Source: Candidatus Sulfomarinibacteraceae bacterium (lineage in GTDB: Bacteria; Acidobacteriota; Thermoanaerobaculia; Thermoanaerobaculales; Sulfomarinibacteraceae). From it: 64,000 nt of DNA. Position 1 is the first letter of the stretch. Each line of letters begins with the position of its first letter. A program made the translations under genes and the position numbers. A model generated the notes under the pieces. That model did not search any database. It had not been told where the DNA came from and was given only the letters and a program-made list of their open reading frames with translations. Shown here piece after piece: positions 40,594 to 50,725 of the stretch. The stretch covers positions 608,001 to 672,000 of the forward strand of contig CAWCLO010000010.1 in assembly GCA_963796455.1 (NCBI GenBank). Direction: 5' to 3'.

Positions 40594-41304
40594 TCAGGCC
40601 GGGGACCCCATCTCCTCGAGGATCGACTCAACCGCCTCGATCGGATGCGGTGAACGTGTGATCGGGCGCCCGATGACCAGGATGTTCGACCCGGCTTGAA
40701 TCGCCTCCGCCGGGGTGACCACCCGCCGCTGATCGTCGGCATCACTTTGGGCGGGTCGGATTCCCGGGGTCACGATCACGAATCGATCGCCGCAGAGGCG
40801 TCGGATCACCGCCGCTTCGTGGGCAGAAGAAACCACTCCGTCGACACCGCCATCGCGGGCCAACAGGGCCAGCCGTCCGGCCAGTTGTTCCGGTCGTTGT
40901 TTCCATCCGATTTCGTTGAGCGTTGTCTGGTCCAGGCTGGTGAGGACGGTCACCGCAACGACCTGAGTCGAAACCCCGGCTGACCCGGCTCGAACACCCT
41001 CCGTCGCAGCTTCAATCATGGCGGGCCCGCCGGATGCATGAATCGTGATCATCGCGGCGCCGGCAGCAGCACAATTCGTGGACGCGCGTCGCACCGTGGC
41101 CGGGATATCGTGAAGCTTGAGGTCGAGAAAGACCCGGGCGCCGGTCTCCGCCACCTCACCGACCAGATTGGGGCCGTGGGCCACAAAGGCCTCGAGCCCG
41201 ATCTTGAGCCAACCGACGTGACCCGCGAGGTCGCGGGCCGTCGAGAGAATCCAGTCGCGGTCGCTTCCATCCAGCGCGACACAGAGTGATTGCCGGTCTG
41301 CCAT
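40594..41304 (-). CDS. pyrF: Orotidine-5'-phosphate decarboxylase
   Basis: CVALD, FLDLKLHDIPATV, VTVLTS, VTPGIRP, VIGRPIT. Confidence 0.96.
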   Translation of the reverse strand: MADRQSLCVALDGSDRDWILSTARDLAGHVGWLKIGLEAFVAHGPNLVGEVAETGARVFLDLKLHDIPATVRRASTNCAAAGAAMITIHASGGPAMIEAATEGVRAGSAGVSTQVVAVTVLTSLDQTTLNEIGWKQRPEQLAGRLALLARDGGVDGVVSSAHEAAVIRRLCGDRFVIVTPGIRPAQSDADDQRRVVTPAEAIQAGSNILVIGRPITRSPHPIEAVESILEEMGSPA

Positions 41305-41480
41305 TCTTATCGCCCCCCAAAACAGTCGTTGTCCGCTCGGCATCATACCGGGACCGGCGACATCGTGAGGAGATCAAAGCACCAAGAACCCTCTTTATGG
41401 TCGCTCAGAAGGAGCCGCGGTGGTTTCGCCGTCACTGGGCGCAGCGCACCAAGAGCCTATAACGCGGTACCATTCTGTTC

Positions 41481-43070
41481 ATGACAAAGGAACGGATGTG
41501 GCTCGATGCCTTCGGCGCCGGTGCGGCGGCGGGTCTGGTTGCCGAGGCTCTGGTCCTGCGGATGAATCCGGAGGTCGCGCAGACTCTGCGTGGGGTTCTC
41601 ATCGGTATGCCGCTGTGGGCCTCATGGGGAATGCTCATGATTGGCGTGCCGCTGCTGCTGATCCTGGCCCTCATCGACCGCGTGCGACCCCGGGCCGATC
41701 GCTGGACCGCGCCCGAGCTCTTCACGATCGTGTTCTTGCTGGCCGCATCCTTGAGTGCGGCCAATGCAAAGCTCCACGCCTACCTCATGCCCGGTTCGGC
41801 CCATCGGGTTCTGGTACAGGACGCCGTTGCCTGGTCGGTTGCGGCGCTGCTCGCCCTGGGTACGGGAATGGTGGTCCGCCGTCTCGGGAGCCGGCGGGGT
41901 CTGCAGATCCTCTTTACCGTTCTGATGCTGGTTTTGCCTGTTGTCCGTCTGGTGTGGGCACCCACCCCCGAAAGACAGTTTCTCGAGGTGGCGGTTCGCC
42001 CCCTGGGCCCCGCCTCACGCCCTCTGTTGGTGATCGGGCTCGAGGGCCTCGATCCAAAGGTCCTGTTGGCCGACACCGTGGGGTCGAATCTTCCAAATTT
42101 CGCCCGGCTGCGGGAGGAGGGTGCGCGTACGGTTCTGCATCCCCACCGGCCCCATCTCCGGCTCGCCCTTTGGACCTCGGCGGCCACCGGTACCTACCCG
42201 GGCCGGCATGGAGTCAAGGCTCACCGCGCCTGGGACATCCCGCTGATCTTCGATCAAACTCTGCGCTTGTTGCCGTGGACTCCGGAAGGCTCACGGATGA
42301 TCCTCCCCTGGGCGCTGGCCGAGCAGGTGCCGCCTCCCCCGGCCACGGTGGCGCCGTTGTGGGCCCGGCTCGGTGCGTCGGGAGCCGAAACGGCGGTCTT
42401 CGGGTGGCCCGGATCATGGGGAGACGACAGCTCGCTGCGTTTTCAATCGGATCTCGATGCATCGACCGTGCTCGAGGCATCGATGAGCGCCTCGCTTGCG
42501 GCAGCCCTGGAGCCGCTGCCTGAGAGGCGATCCGAAATCTGGCAGTCCGTCGTCCATGACCAGGCCCGGGTTGACGCAGCACGAGCCGCGCTGGAAGCGG
42601 GTGCCGACAATGTCTGGGTCCACTTGCAGACCATGTCCCTGGCCCGCAGACACCACGAACCGACGCGATCTCGCCATACCCGCCAGCGGAGGCTGCTCGA
42701 GCTCGTGATGGAGTTGGTGGACGATCAGCTCGGGACCCTTCTCGATGCGGCGGACCCGGCGGCACTGGTGGCGGTAGTGTCGCCCTACGGGCTCGCCCCT
42801 CCGGGGCCGGTCGAACGGGTCAGAAGGCTGCTCGGTGGTGGCGGGACCTGGAACACGTCGGCCAGATCGAGCCCGGACGGCCTCTTCATTCTGCTTGGCG
42901 ACAGTGTCGATGACGGCCGCCGGGTGGCGGCCTCTGATGTGCCGGATGTCGCTCCGACCCTGTGTTATCTCCTGGGTCTGCCGGTCGCTCAATATATGGA
43001 GGGTGTGGTGGCGGTGGGAGTAGTGGAACCGGGATTTCTCGAAGATCACCCCCTCCGAGTTGTTGATTGA
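41481..43070 (+). CDS. Membrane-anchored alkaline phosphatase-superfamily protein with degenerate active site
   Basis: About five N-terminal TMs; LLVIGLEGLD, WTSAATG..PGRHGV, DVAPTLCYLLGLP. Confidence 0.75.
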   Translation: MTKERMWLDAFGAGAAAGLVAEALVLRMNPEVAQTLRGVLIGMPLWASWGMLMIGVPLLLILALIDRVRPRADRWTAPELFTIVFLLAASLSAANAKLHAYLMPGSAHRVLVQDAVAWSVAALLALGTGMVVRRLGSRRGLQILFTVLMLVLPVVRLVWAPTPERQFLEVAVRPLGPASRPLLVIGLEGLDPKVLLADTVGSNLPNFARLREEGARTVLHPHRPHLRLALWTSAATGTYPGRHGVKAHRAWDIPLIFDQTLRLLPWTPEGSRMILPWALAEQVPPPPATVAPLWARLGASGAETAVFGWPGSWGDDSSLRFQSDLDASTVLEASMSASLAAALEPLPERRSEIWQSVVHDQARVDAARAALEAGADNVWVHLQTMSLARRHHEPTRSRHTRQRRLLELVMELVDDQLGTLLDAADPAALVAVVSPYGLAPPGPVERVRRLLGGGGTWNTSARSSPDGLFILLGDSVDDGRRVAASDVPDVAPTLCYLLGLPVAQYMEGVVAVGVVEPGFLEDHPLRVVD

Positions 43071-43111
43071 CCAATTGTCCGTGCCCGGAGATTCACGCTA
43101 AGCTGATCATG

Positions 43112-43840
43112 ATGAAGAAACTTTCGGTAGTCATTCCGGTTTTTAACGAGGAGGCGACGGTCACCGTCCTCCTGGCGAAGGTCGTCGAGGCACCGCTCAT
43201 CGCGGCGATTCGTGAGCTCGAGTTGGTCATCGTCGATGATTGTTCGTCCGACGGGACCTGGGCGGTTGTCGAGCAATGGCAAGCGACGCCGCGCGAAGAC
43301 GGACGCACGGTCGAGGTCAGCCGCCACCGACACGAAGAGAACCGCGGCAAAGGGGCAGCGCTCCGGACCGGTTTCGGTGCTGCAACCGGCGATGTTTTCC
43401 TGATCCAGGATGCGGATCTCGAATACGACCCGGGCGACTATCCGACGCTGTTGCAACCGATCGGCGACGGCCAGGCGGAGGTCGTCTACGGTTCTCGTTT
43501 TCTCGGTGGGCCGCACCGGGTGCTCTTTTTCTGGCATGCTGTCGGCAACAATTTTCTGACCCTGCTCTCGAACATGTTTTCCGACCTCAACCTGACGGAC
43601 ATGGAAACCTGTTACAAGGTTTTCACCCGCGATGTTTTCGATCAGATCACGCTCGAGTCTGACCGTTTTGGTTTCGAGCCCGAATTTACGGCCAAGGTGG
43701 CGCGGCTCGGAGTCAGGATCTACGAGGTGCCGATTTCTTATCACGGGCGAACCTATGCCGAAGGCAAGAAGATCGGCTGGAAAGATGGGGTGGCGGCGAT
43801 CTGGTCGATCTTCCGTTTCAACCTCTGGTCTCGAAGCTGA
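43112..43840 (+). CDS. Glycosyltransferase family 2 (DPM1-like)
   Basis: SVVIPVFNE, VDDCSSDGT, IQDADLEYDP, DMETCYK. Confidence 0.92.
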   Translation: MKKLSVVIPVFNEEATVTVLLAKVVEAPLIAAIRELELVIVDDCSSDGTWAVVEQWQATPREDGRTVEVSRHRHEENRGKGAALRTGFGAATGDVFLIQDADLEYDPGDYPTLLQPIGDGQAEVVYGSRFLGGPHRVLFFWHAVGNNFLTLLSNMFSDLNLTDMETCYKVFTRDVFDQITLESDRFGFEPEFTAKVARLGVRIYEVPISYHGRTYAEGKKIGWKDGVAAIWSIFRFNLWSRS

Positions 43841-43966
43841 GAAACGACCTTCGAAAAAACCACGATTCGGCCTTTCGTTTCCGGCGACTTTTGACTATTG
43901 TGTGCGGTGTTTCGAGTCTGTTGTCGGAGACACGGGCCCGAGAACTTGAAATCGAGGAGAAGATCA

Positions 43967-45151
43967 ATGGCAAAACGGTCGGTAGTGGTGATGCCTGGAG
44001 ACGGAATCGGAAAAACGGTGCTGCCGGAAGCGCTGCGGGTTCTCGAAGCCGCGGGATTCGAGGCTGATTGGATCGAGGCGGGTATCGGTTGGGAGCACTG
44101 GGTAGAAGAGGGAAACCCCCTGCCCGAAAAGACCATCGATCTGATCGCCGAACACAAAGTGGCCCTCTTCGGGGCCATCACATCCAAACCCAAGGACAAA
44201 GCAGCAGCCGAAATCAAACCGGAACTGCGTGACAAGGGATTCGTCTATTACTCGCCGATTGTCGGTCTGAGACAGCGTTTCGATCTGGATGTGTCCATCA
44301 GGCCCTGCATCACCTTTCCGGGTAACCCCCTCAACTTTATCCGCCGGGCAGCTGACGGCGGTGCCGATGAACCCAAGGTCAATGCGGTGATCTTCCGACA
44401 GAACACCGAAGGTCTTTATGGCGGCGTCGAGTGGACCAACCCGCCGGAGCAGGTCTGGAACGCCCTCAACACCCATCCGAGGTTCGCCGCCTTCCGCGAT
44501 GTGCCGCGTGAGGATCTGGCCGTTTCCACCCGCATCTTCACCCGTGCCAAGTGCCGCCGGATCTGCGAGCAGGCCTTTGCCTACGCCGCAAACCACGGAT
44601 ACTCCAGCGTCACCGTCTGTGAAAAACCGAATGTCATCCGCGAGACCTCGGGGATGATGCTCGACGAGGCACGGCGAGTGCATCAGAACTATCCCCAGAT
44701 TCAGCTCTGGGACACCAATATCGACGCTCAGATGATGTGGTTGACGAAGAATCCTGAAGATTATGGAGTGATCGTCGCGGGCAACATGTTCGGCGACATC
44801 ATTTCGGATGGATTTGCCGGTCTGGTCGGGGGGCTCGGGTTTGCGGCTTCGGCCAACATCGGTCGTGAAGTCGGTGTCTTCGAACCGACCCACGGTTCGG
44901 CGCCGAAATACGCCGAGCTCGACCCATCCATCGTCAATCCGATCGCCATGATCCTGTCTGCGGTGATGATGCTCGACTGGCTCGGCGAAACCGAGATCGC
45001 GGCCAAGGTTCGCGCTGCGGTGGCCGATGTGGTGGTTGCGGGCAATGTGCGTTCCTATGACATGCTCAAGTTGCGCGGAAGCGCGCAGGCGATCAACGAC
45101 GGCGCCGCGACAACCGCTCAGATGACCGACGCGATCATTGCCGCGTTATAA
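43967..45151 (+). CDS. Isocitrate/isopropylmalate dehydrogenase family protein
   Basis: PGDGIG, RQNTEGLY, NMFGDIISD, FEPTHGSAP. Confidence 0.9.
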   Translation: MAKRSVVVMPGDGIGKTVLPEALRVLEAAGFEADWIEAGIGWEHWVEEGNPLPEKTIDLIAEHKVALFGAITSKPKDKAAAEIKPELRDKGFVYYSPIVGLRQRFDLDVSIRPCITFPGNPLNFIRRAADGGADEPKVNAVIFRQNTEGLYGGVEWTNPPEQVWNALNTHPRFAAFRDVPREDLAVSTRIFTRAKCRRICEQAFAYAANHGYSSVTVCEKPNVIRETSGMMLDEARRVHQNYPQIQLWDTNIDAQMMWLTKNPEDYGVIVAGNMFGDIISDGFAGLVGGLGFAASANIGREVGVFEPTHGSAPKYAELDPSIVNPIAMILSAVMMLDWLGETEIAAKVRAAVADVVVAGNVRSYDMLKLRGSAQAINDGAATTAQMTDAIIAAL

Positions 45152-45193
45152 GATTGGGTTTTCGCTCACAGCGCGGAAAACGAGGAGGTGACG

Positions 45194-46399
45194 ATGCCAG
45201 AGCGTGAGATCACGGCGGCATCTGCCGGTCCCACCGGCGATGGCGTTCGGTCCGACCTCAGCGTGGCCTTCGAAACGGGGGCCGACGGGCTCACCCTCGA
45301 GTTGAGCTCGAAGGTGGACTATCTCTATGGCGACGCCATCGAGGCGGCTGTGCGACGGGTGCTCGAAGCCTTTGGAGTCTCATCTGGAAAACTGACGGTC
45401 ATTGATGCGGGCGCTCTCGAGTGGGTGGTTCTCGCCCGGACCGAGACCTGTCTGCGCCGGGCTGGTTTCGACGGTCCCCCGGTGCTTCCCGAATCAGCTC
45501 CGGGTGCCGACACCCCGTGTCGGCGACAACGTCCCCGCCGGAGCCGCCTCTACATCCCCGGCAACCAGCCAAAGTTGATGATCTCCGGCGGGCTCTACGG
45601 TGCTGACGGCATCATTCTCGATCTCGAGGACTCGGTGCCGCCGGCTGAAAAAGACGCCGCCAGGATCCTCGTTCGAAACGCCCTGGTGGCACTCGACTGG
45701 GGTGTGTCGGAGCGGATGGTGCGGGTCAACCAGGGAGTTCCCGGTGAGGAGGATCTGACGGCGATCGCCGTTCACAACCCCCACGTCGTGCTGCAGCCAA
45801 AGGTGGAGGATCCTGCTGCCGTCAGTGGTGCCGCGGAAATTCTCGGCAATCTCGCGGGGCGGGAAGCAGCCATGTTGATGCCGATCCTCGAATCTCCGGC
45901 CGGGATCCACCGGGCCTGGGAAATTGCTCGCGCGGACGCGTCGGTTGTCGCACTCACACTCGGTCTCGAGGATCTCTCGGCGGAGCTCGGTGCTCCCCGA
46001 ACGGATGCGGGGTGGGAGAGCTTTCTGGCCCGACAGACGGTCGTCCTGGCGGCTCGCGGTGCCGGGATCCAGCCGATCGCGTCGGTCTATTCCGATATCG
46101 AAGACGAAGAGGGTCTCGCAGCCTACGTTCGCAGGGAACGAGGACTCGGCTTCGATGGCATCGGTTGTATTCACCCCCGTCAGATCCCGGTGGTGCATCG
46201 TGAAATGACGCCATCCGAGGCGGAGGTGGAGCGCGCGGTGCGGGTTGTACGGGCTGCCCGTGAGGCCGAGGAACGGGGCCTTGGTGCGGTGGCCCTCGGG
46301 TCGAAGATGGTCGATCCGCCGGTGGTTCTGCAGGCCCACAAGACAGTGCAGTTGGCCATCGCCGGAGGGGTGCTGGGTGAGGATTGGGACGCTTCTTGA
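45194..46399 (+). CDS. citE: Citrate lyase acyl-carrier (CitD-like) domain fused to citryl-ACP lyase (CitE)
   Basis: N-terminal ~95 aa SAG..RSD..SKVDYLYGDAI..DAGALEWV; then RRSRLYIPGN, ILDLEDSV, IHPRQI, KMVDPPV. Confidence 0.85.
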   Translation: MPEREITAASAGPTGDGVRSDLSVAFETGADGLTLELSSKVDYLYGDAIEAAVRRVLEAFGVSSGKLTVIDAGALEWVVLARTETCLRRAGFDGPPVLPESAPGADTPCRRQRPRRSRLYIPGNQPKLMISGGLYGADGIILDLEDSVPPAEKDAARILVRNALVALDWGVSERMVRVNQGVPGEEDLTAIAVHNPHVVLQPKVEDPAAVSGAAEILGNLAGREAAMLMPILESPAGIHRAWEIARADASVVALTLGLEDLSAELGAPRTDAGWESFLARQTVVLAARGAGIQPIASVYSDIEDEEGLAAYVRRERGLGFDGIGCIHPRQIPVVHREMTPSEAEVERAVRVVRAAREAEERGLGAVALGSKMVDPPVVLQAHKTVQLAIAGGVLGEDWDAS

Positions 46400-46427
46400 G
46401 AATTAGGAATTAAGAATTTGGAATTCC
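46400..46427. repeat. Degenerate heptamer array GAATT(AG/AA/TG/CC)x4
   Basis: Begins directly after the citE stop. Confidence 0.8.
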
Positions 46428-46476
46428 CACCCTCCCGCCCAATGACCGGCGGGAAGTTGGTCAGTGGAGCTGAAAA

Positions 46477-48030
46477 ATGGACGAAAGCTTCGAAAAGAAT
46501 GCAGCGGGGCGCATGGTTCCGACCAACGTCAATGGCCGAGAGAGCGTGCCGTTCCAGGGTGTCGGGAAACATCGGCCGGACGGCCGCAAGCAGGCGCCGA
46601 GGATTGCCAGTTGCGTTGATTTTCCAGCTGACGGCGACAAACGGGTCGCCTCTCTGCGCGAGGCCTTCGAAACGGTCGGCCTCAAAGACGGAATGGTGGT
46701 CTCGACGCACCACCACCTGCGCAACGGAGATGCGGTGGGCAACCTCATCTTCGACACGGCAGCCGCCATGGGCATCAAGGATCTCATGTGGTTTCCCTCG
46801 GCTTCCTTTCCGGTCCACGCGAATCAGATTCCACACCTCGAAAACGGCGTCATCCACCACATCGAAGGCTCGATGAATGGCGCCCTCGGCGCCTATTGTT
46901 CCGAGGGCAAGATGCGCGGTCTCGGTGTCCTCCGTTCGCATGGGGGGCGTTGGCAGGCAATTCAGGATGGCGAAGTCCACATTGACGTGGCGGTGATCGC
47001 CGCCCCGACGGCCGACATGTTCGGCAACGCCAATGGAGTCGATGGTCCGGCAGCCTGCGGTTTGCTTGGTTTTGCGCTCGCTGACTCCGCCTACGCCGAG
47101 AAGGTCATCGTGGTCACCGACAATCTTGTCCCTTTCCCGTGCCTCCCGTGGCAGATTCAGGGCAACAACGTCGATGTGGTGGTGGAGGTGGATTCCATCG
47201 GTGATCCTTCCAAGATCGTCTCCGGCACCACCCGGGTGACCCAAAGCCCGGATCGGCGCCGCATCGCCGAACTCGCGGCCCGGTTTTGCGCCGAGGCCGG
47301 CATCATGCGCGACGGCTTTTCCTTCCAGGCCGGAGCGGGAGGCATCACGCTCGCCTTTGCGCTCTACCTGGCCGAACTCATGCGCGAAGCAGGCGTGACG
47401 GCTCGTTTTGCCCGGGGTGGTTCCAATCAGTACATGGTCGAGATGCTCGATGAGGGCCTCATCGGTTGTATCCTCGATGGCCAGACCTTCGATCTTGATG
47501 GCGTGCGGTCGATGCGGACAAATCCGCTCCACCAGAACACCTCGCCATTTACCTCCTACAACTTCCACGGCAAGGGCAACTTCGCATCCATGGTGGACGT
47601 GGCGGTTCTGGGTGCGACCGAGGTCGATCTCGCATTCAACGGAAATGTGGCGACCCACTCAGACGGTCGTCTCCTGCACGGCCTCGGCGGCTGGCAGAAT
47701 TGCCTCGCCGCCCGATGTGCCATGCTGCTGGTGCCCTCGTTCAGGGATCGCATCCCGGTCATCGTGGACGAGGTGACAACCGTCTGTGGCCCCGGAGAGT
47801 TGATCGACGTGGTGGTCACCGAACGGGGAATCGCGGTGAATCCGCAGCGCAGAGACCTGCTCGATGCGGTGGCGGGCTCCGATCTGCCGATCCGTCCGAT
47901 CGAGGACCTCAAGGCCGAACTCGACCGGATCTGCGGGGTGCCCCAAAAACCCGAACGATCGGACGAAGCGGTGGCGGTGATCAAGTGGGTTGACGGCACC
48001 GTGATCGACACCGTCTGGCGAGTCGGCTGA
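46477..48030 (+). CDS. citF: Citrate lyase alpha subunit (citrate:ACP transferase)
   Basis: STHHHLRNGD, LRSHGGR, FSFQAGAGG, VVVTERGIAVNP, DGTVIDTV. Confidence 0.92.
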   Translation: MDESFEKNAAGRMVPTNVNGRESVPFQGVGKHRPDGRKQAPRIASCVDFPADGDKRVASLREAFETVGLKDGMVVSTHHHLRNGDAVGNLIFDTAAAMGIKDLMWFPSASFPVHANQIPHLENGVIHHIEGSMNGALGAYCSEGKMRGLGVLRSHGGRWQAIQDGEVHIDVAVIAAPTADMFGNANGVDGPAACGLLGFALADSAYAEKVIVVTDNLVPFPCLPWQIQGNNVDVVVEVDSIGDPSKIVSGTTRVTQSPDRRRIAELAARFCAEAGIMRDGFSFQAGAGGITLAFALYLAELMREAGVTARFARGGSNQYMVEMLDEGLIGCILDGQTFDLDGVRSMRTNPLHQNTSPFTSYNFHGKGNFASMVDVAVLGATEVDLAFNGNVATHSDGRLLHGLGGWQNCLAARCAMLLVPSFRDRIPVIVDEVTTVCGPGELIDVVVTERGIAVNPQRRDLLDAVAGSDLPIRPIEDLKAELDRICGVPQKPERSDEAVAVIKWVDGTVIDTVWRVG

Positions 48031-48036
48031 TCAAAA

Positions 48037-48147
48037 AATTTGGGATTTGGGATTTGGGATTTCGAATGTTCGTCCACCGGGCAGGAACCGGAAGCCATCA
48101 AAAGTGAACAAATTCGAAATTCGAAATTCGAATTCCGAAATCTGAAA
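48037..48147. repeat. Inverted heptamer arrays (GATTTGG)n / (AAATTCG)n around a ~45-nt spacer
   Basis: Read directly between citF and the rpmE promoter. Confidence 0.85.
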
Positions 48148-48150
48148 CCC

Positions 48151-48179
48151 TTGTCAATCAGGCAACTTGGGTGTAACAT
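48151..48179 (+). promoter_or_regulatory. sigma70-type promoter of rpmE
   Basis: TTGTCA-17 nt-TAACAT. Confidence 0.6.
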
Positions 48180-48219
48180 CTTGCGTCCTTGGTCCAAAAG
48201 GATCAACTGGAGGTGTGAA

Positions 48220-48432
48220 ATGAAAAACGAAGTGCATCCCGAGTACCACGAGATCGAGGTTCGTTGCGCCTGCGGCAACACCTTCAAGACCCGGTCCACA
48301 AAGACGGAAATGCGGCTCGAGATCTGCAATGCATGTCATCCGTTTTATACCGGCAAACAGAAGCTGGTCGATACGGCCGGAATGGTCGAAAAATTCGAAC
48401 GTCGCTACGGCAAGTCTGCCACCGCCAAGTAG
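48220..48432 (+). CDS. rpmE: 50S ribosomal protein L31 (zinc-binding type)
   Basis: [27 protein letters not shown]. Confidence 0.97.
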   Translation: MKNEVHPEYHEIEVRCACGNTFKTRSTKTEMRLEICNACHPFYTGKQKLVDTAGMVEKFERRYGKSATAK

Positions 48433-48465
48433 CGATCGCCGGCCGCCTCCAGGCGGTCATGTATG

Positions 48466-48503
48466 CCCGCGTGAGCTGATGAGGTCACGCGGGTTTTCTT
48501 TTT
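48466..48503 (+). terminator. Intrinsic terminator after rpmE
   Basis: CCCGCGTGA..TCACGCGGG stem followed by TTTTCTTTTT. Confidence 0.7.
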
Positions 48504-48554
48504 CCTGAATCGGCCGGTTGGCGGTAGGATCTCAAGAGGACGGAGATACAACCG

Positions 48555-49625
48555 ATGCTTGAACGTCTGGAAGAAATCGCCAAACGGCACGCGGATTTGC
48601 TCGAAGAGCAGGCAGATCCCGAGGTTGCCGTGGATCGGCACCGCTCCCGGGTGGTGGCGCAGAAGGCGGCCGAGCTCGAACCGATCGTGATGGCCTACCG
48701 TGAATACAGCGCCGCCGCCGCCGAGCTCGAAGGAGCCCAGGAGATCCTGCAGGAGTCCGGGGACGCCGAGATGAAGGAGATGGCGGAGGCGGAGGCTGCC
48801 GAGCTGTCGTCGCGACTGGCAGGTATTGAAGATCGTCTCAAGGTGCTGTTGTTGCCGGCCGATCCGAACGACCGCCGCAATGTGATTCTGGAGATCCGGG
48901 CTGGGACCGGCGGTGAGGAGGCCGCGCTCTTTGCGGGCGAGCTTCTTCGGATGTACGGTCGCTATGCCGAGTCCCGGCGCTGGAAGCTCTCGCTCACCGA
49001 TTCTTCCGACACCGGCCTTGGCGGCATCAAGGAGGCGGTTGCGGTGATCGAGGGCGACGGCGCCTATTCCCGCCTCAAATTCGAAAGCGGTGTCCACCGA
49101 GTCCAGCGGGTGCCCGCGACCGAGGCCTCGGGCCGTATCCATACCTCGGCCGCGACAGTGGCGGTCATGGCGGAGGCCGACGAGGTCGAGGTGAGTCTTG
49201 AAGAAAAGGACCTCCGCATCGATCGATTCTGTTCCTCGGGCCCCGGCGGCCAGAGCGTCAACACCACTTACTCGGCCGTCCGCATCACCCATCTCCCGAC
49301 CGGGCTCGTCGTCTCGTGTCAGGATGAAAAGTCGCAGATTCAGAACAAGGCCAAAGCACTGAGGGTGCTCAAAGCGCGCCTCAAGGAGATCGAGGAGCGC
49401 GAACGTGACGCCGAGCGCGCCGCGGATCGTCGTTCCAAGATCGGCTCCGGAGATCGTTCGGAAAAGATCCGCACCTACAATTTCCCGCAGGGCCGCGTGA
49501 CCGATCACCGGATCGGACTCACCGTGCACCGCCTGAACGAAATTCTGGAGGGAGACGTGGACCTGCTCCTCGAACCGCTGATCGATGAGTTTCAGGCGCA
49601 GCGGTTGAAGGAAGAGTTGGGGTGA
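48555..49625 (+). CDS. prfA: Peptide chain release factor 1
   Basis: GTGGEEA, PAT motif, [15 protein letters not shown]. Confidence 0.97.
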   Translation: MLERLEEIAKRHADLLEEQADPEVAVDRHRSRVVAQKAAELEPIVMAYREYSAAAAELEGAQEILQESGDAEMKEMAEAEAAELSSRLAGIEDRLKVLLLPADPNDRRNVILEIRAGTGGEEAALFAGELLRMYGRYAESRRWKLSLTDSSDTGLGGIKEAVAVIEGDGAYSRLKFESGVHRVQRVPATEASGRIHTSAATVAVMAEADEVEVSLEEKDLRIDRFCSSGPGGQSVNTTYSAVRITHLPTGLVVSCQDEKSQIQNKAKALRVLKARLKEIEERERDAERAADRRSKIGSGDRSEKIRTYNFPQGRVTDHRIGLTVHRLNEILEGDVDLLLEPLIDEFQAQRLKEELG

Positions 49626-49632
49626 TCGCACA

Positions 49633-49743
<111 letters not shown>

Positions 49744-49758
49744 ACCGGGAGATCCATC

Positions 49759-50592
49759 GTGACTACGGACGAGGCTCTGCATCTCGCAACGGCAGAGCTA
49801 CCGCGCCGGCCTGGGCTTCCTGATCCGCGGCGGGAGGGCTTGTGGCTCCTGGCGGCCGCGTGGGGGGTGGATGAAGTCACTCTCCGTTTGCATCCCGAAC
49901 GCGAGGTGCCCGAAACTGTCGAAGAGCGTTACCAGGATTGGCTCATTCGGAGGGCGGCCGGTGAGCCCGCCCATCATCTGACCGGTGTGTGTTCCTTCTG
50001 GGGACGGGACTTCGAGGTCTGCGCCGACGTTCTGGTGCCGCGGCCCGAGACCGAGCTCGTCATCGAGGTGTTGCTCGGCCTCCCGCTGACCGCTGAGGCG
50101 CGGGTGCTCGATGTCGGCACCGGATCGGGTTGCATCGCGGCGACTCTTGCCGCCGAGCGTCCGCGGTGGCGCGTCGCGGCGGTTGATCGTTCCCCGGCGG
50201 CAGTTGCTGTCGCGCGCCGCAACATCCGCCGCCACGATGTTGATGTGCATCTGTGGCTCGGCGATCTCAGTTCGGCGGTGGCCCCCGGAATCGACGCAGT
50301 GGTCGCCAATCTCCCCTACATTCCCAGCGAGGGAATCGATCGGCTGAGCCCGGAAGTCCGGCACGATCCACGATCCGCCCTCGATGGCGGGCCGGACGGG
50401 CTCGATCTCGTTCGCCGTCTCCTGGCCGAGTTGCCGCGTCTGTTACGGCCATGTGGGGGCGCGGTGTTCGAGATCGGAGAGGATCAGGCCGGCTCGGTTG
50501 CCGAGCTCGCCGGAGAGCGTGGCCTCGCGGTCGCCCGCAGGGTGCGCGATATCGGCGGCTGCGAACGGGTCATCGTGTTGCAGACCCGTTGA
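49759..50592 (+). CDS. prmC: Release factor glutamine methyltransferase
   Basis: VLVPRPETE, DVGTGSG, NLPY, ALDGGPDGL. Confidence 0.95.
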   Translation: MTTDEALHLATAELPRRPGLPDPRREGLWLLAAAWGVDEVTLRLHPEREVPETVEERYQDWLIRRAAGEPAHHLTGVCSFWGRDFEVCADVLVPRPETELVIEVLLGLPLTAEARVLDVGTGSGCIAATLAAERPRWRVAAVDRSPAAVAVARRNIRRHDVDVHLWLGDLSSAVAPGIDAVVANLPYIPSEGIDRLSPEVRHDPRSALDGGPDGLDLVRRLLAELPRLLRPCGGAVFEIGEDQAGSVAELAGERGLAVARRVRDIGGCERVIVLQTR

Positions 50593-50660
50593 CCTGAGAC
50601 AGCGGATCGATTGATGTCGGCCGGTCCTCGACGGCGGCTGTTGGCGGCGGGTGGTCCGTG

Positions 50661-50689
50661 TTGACAGTCGACGGCTCGCGCCGCACAAT
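50661..50689 (+). promoter_or_regulatory. sigma70-type promoter of arcC
   Basis: TTGACA-17 nt-CACAAT. Confidence 0.65.
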
Positions 50690-50725
50690 GCCCCTCTCCC
50701 TGCTGAGTGCGGGTTGGAGGCAAGC

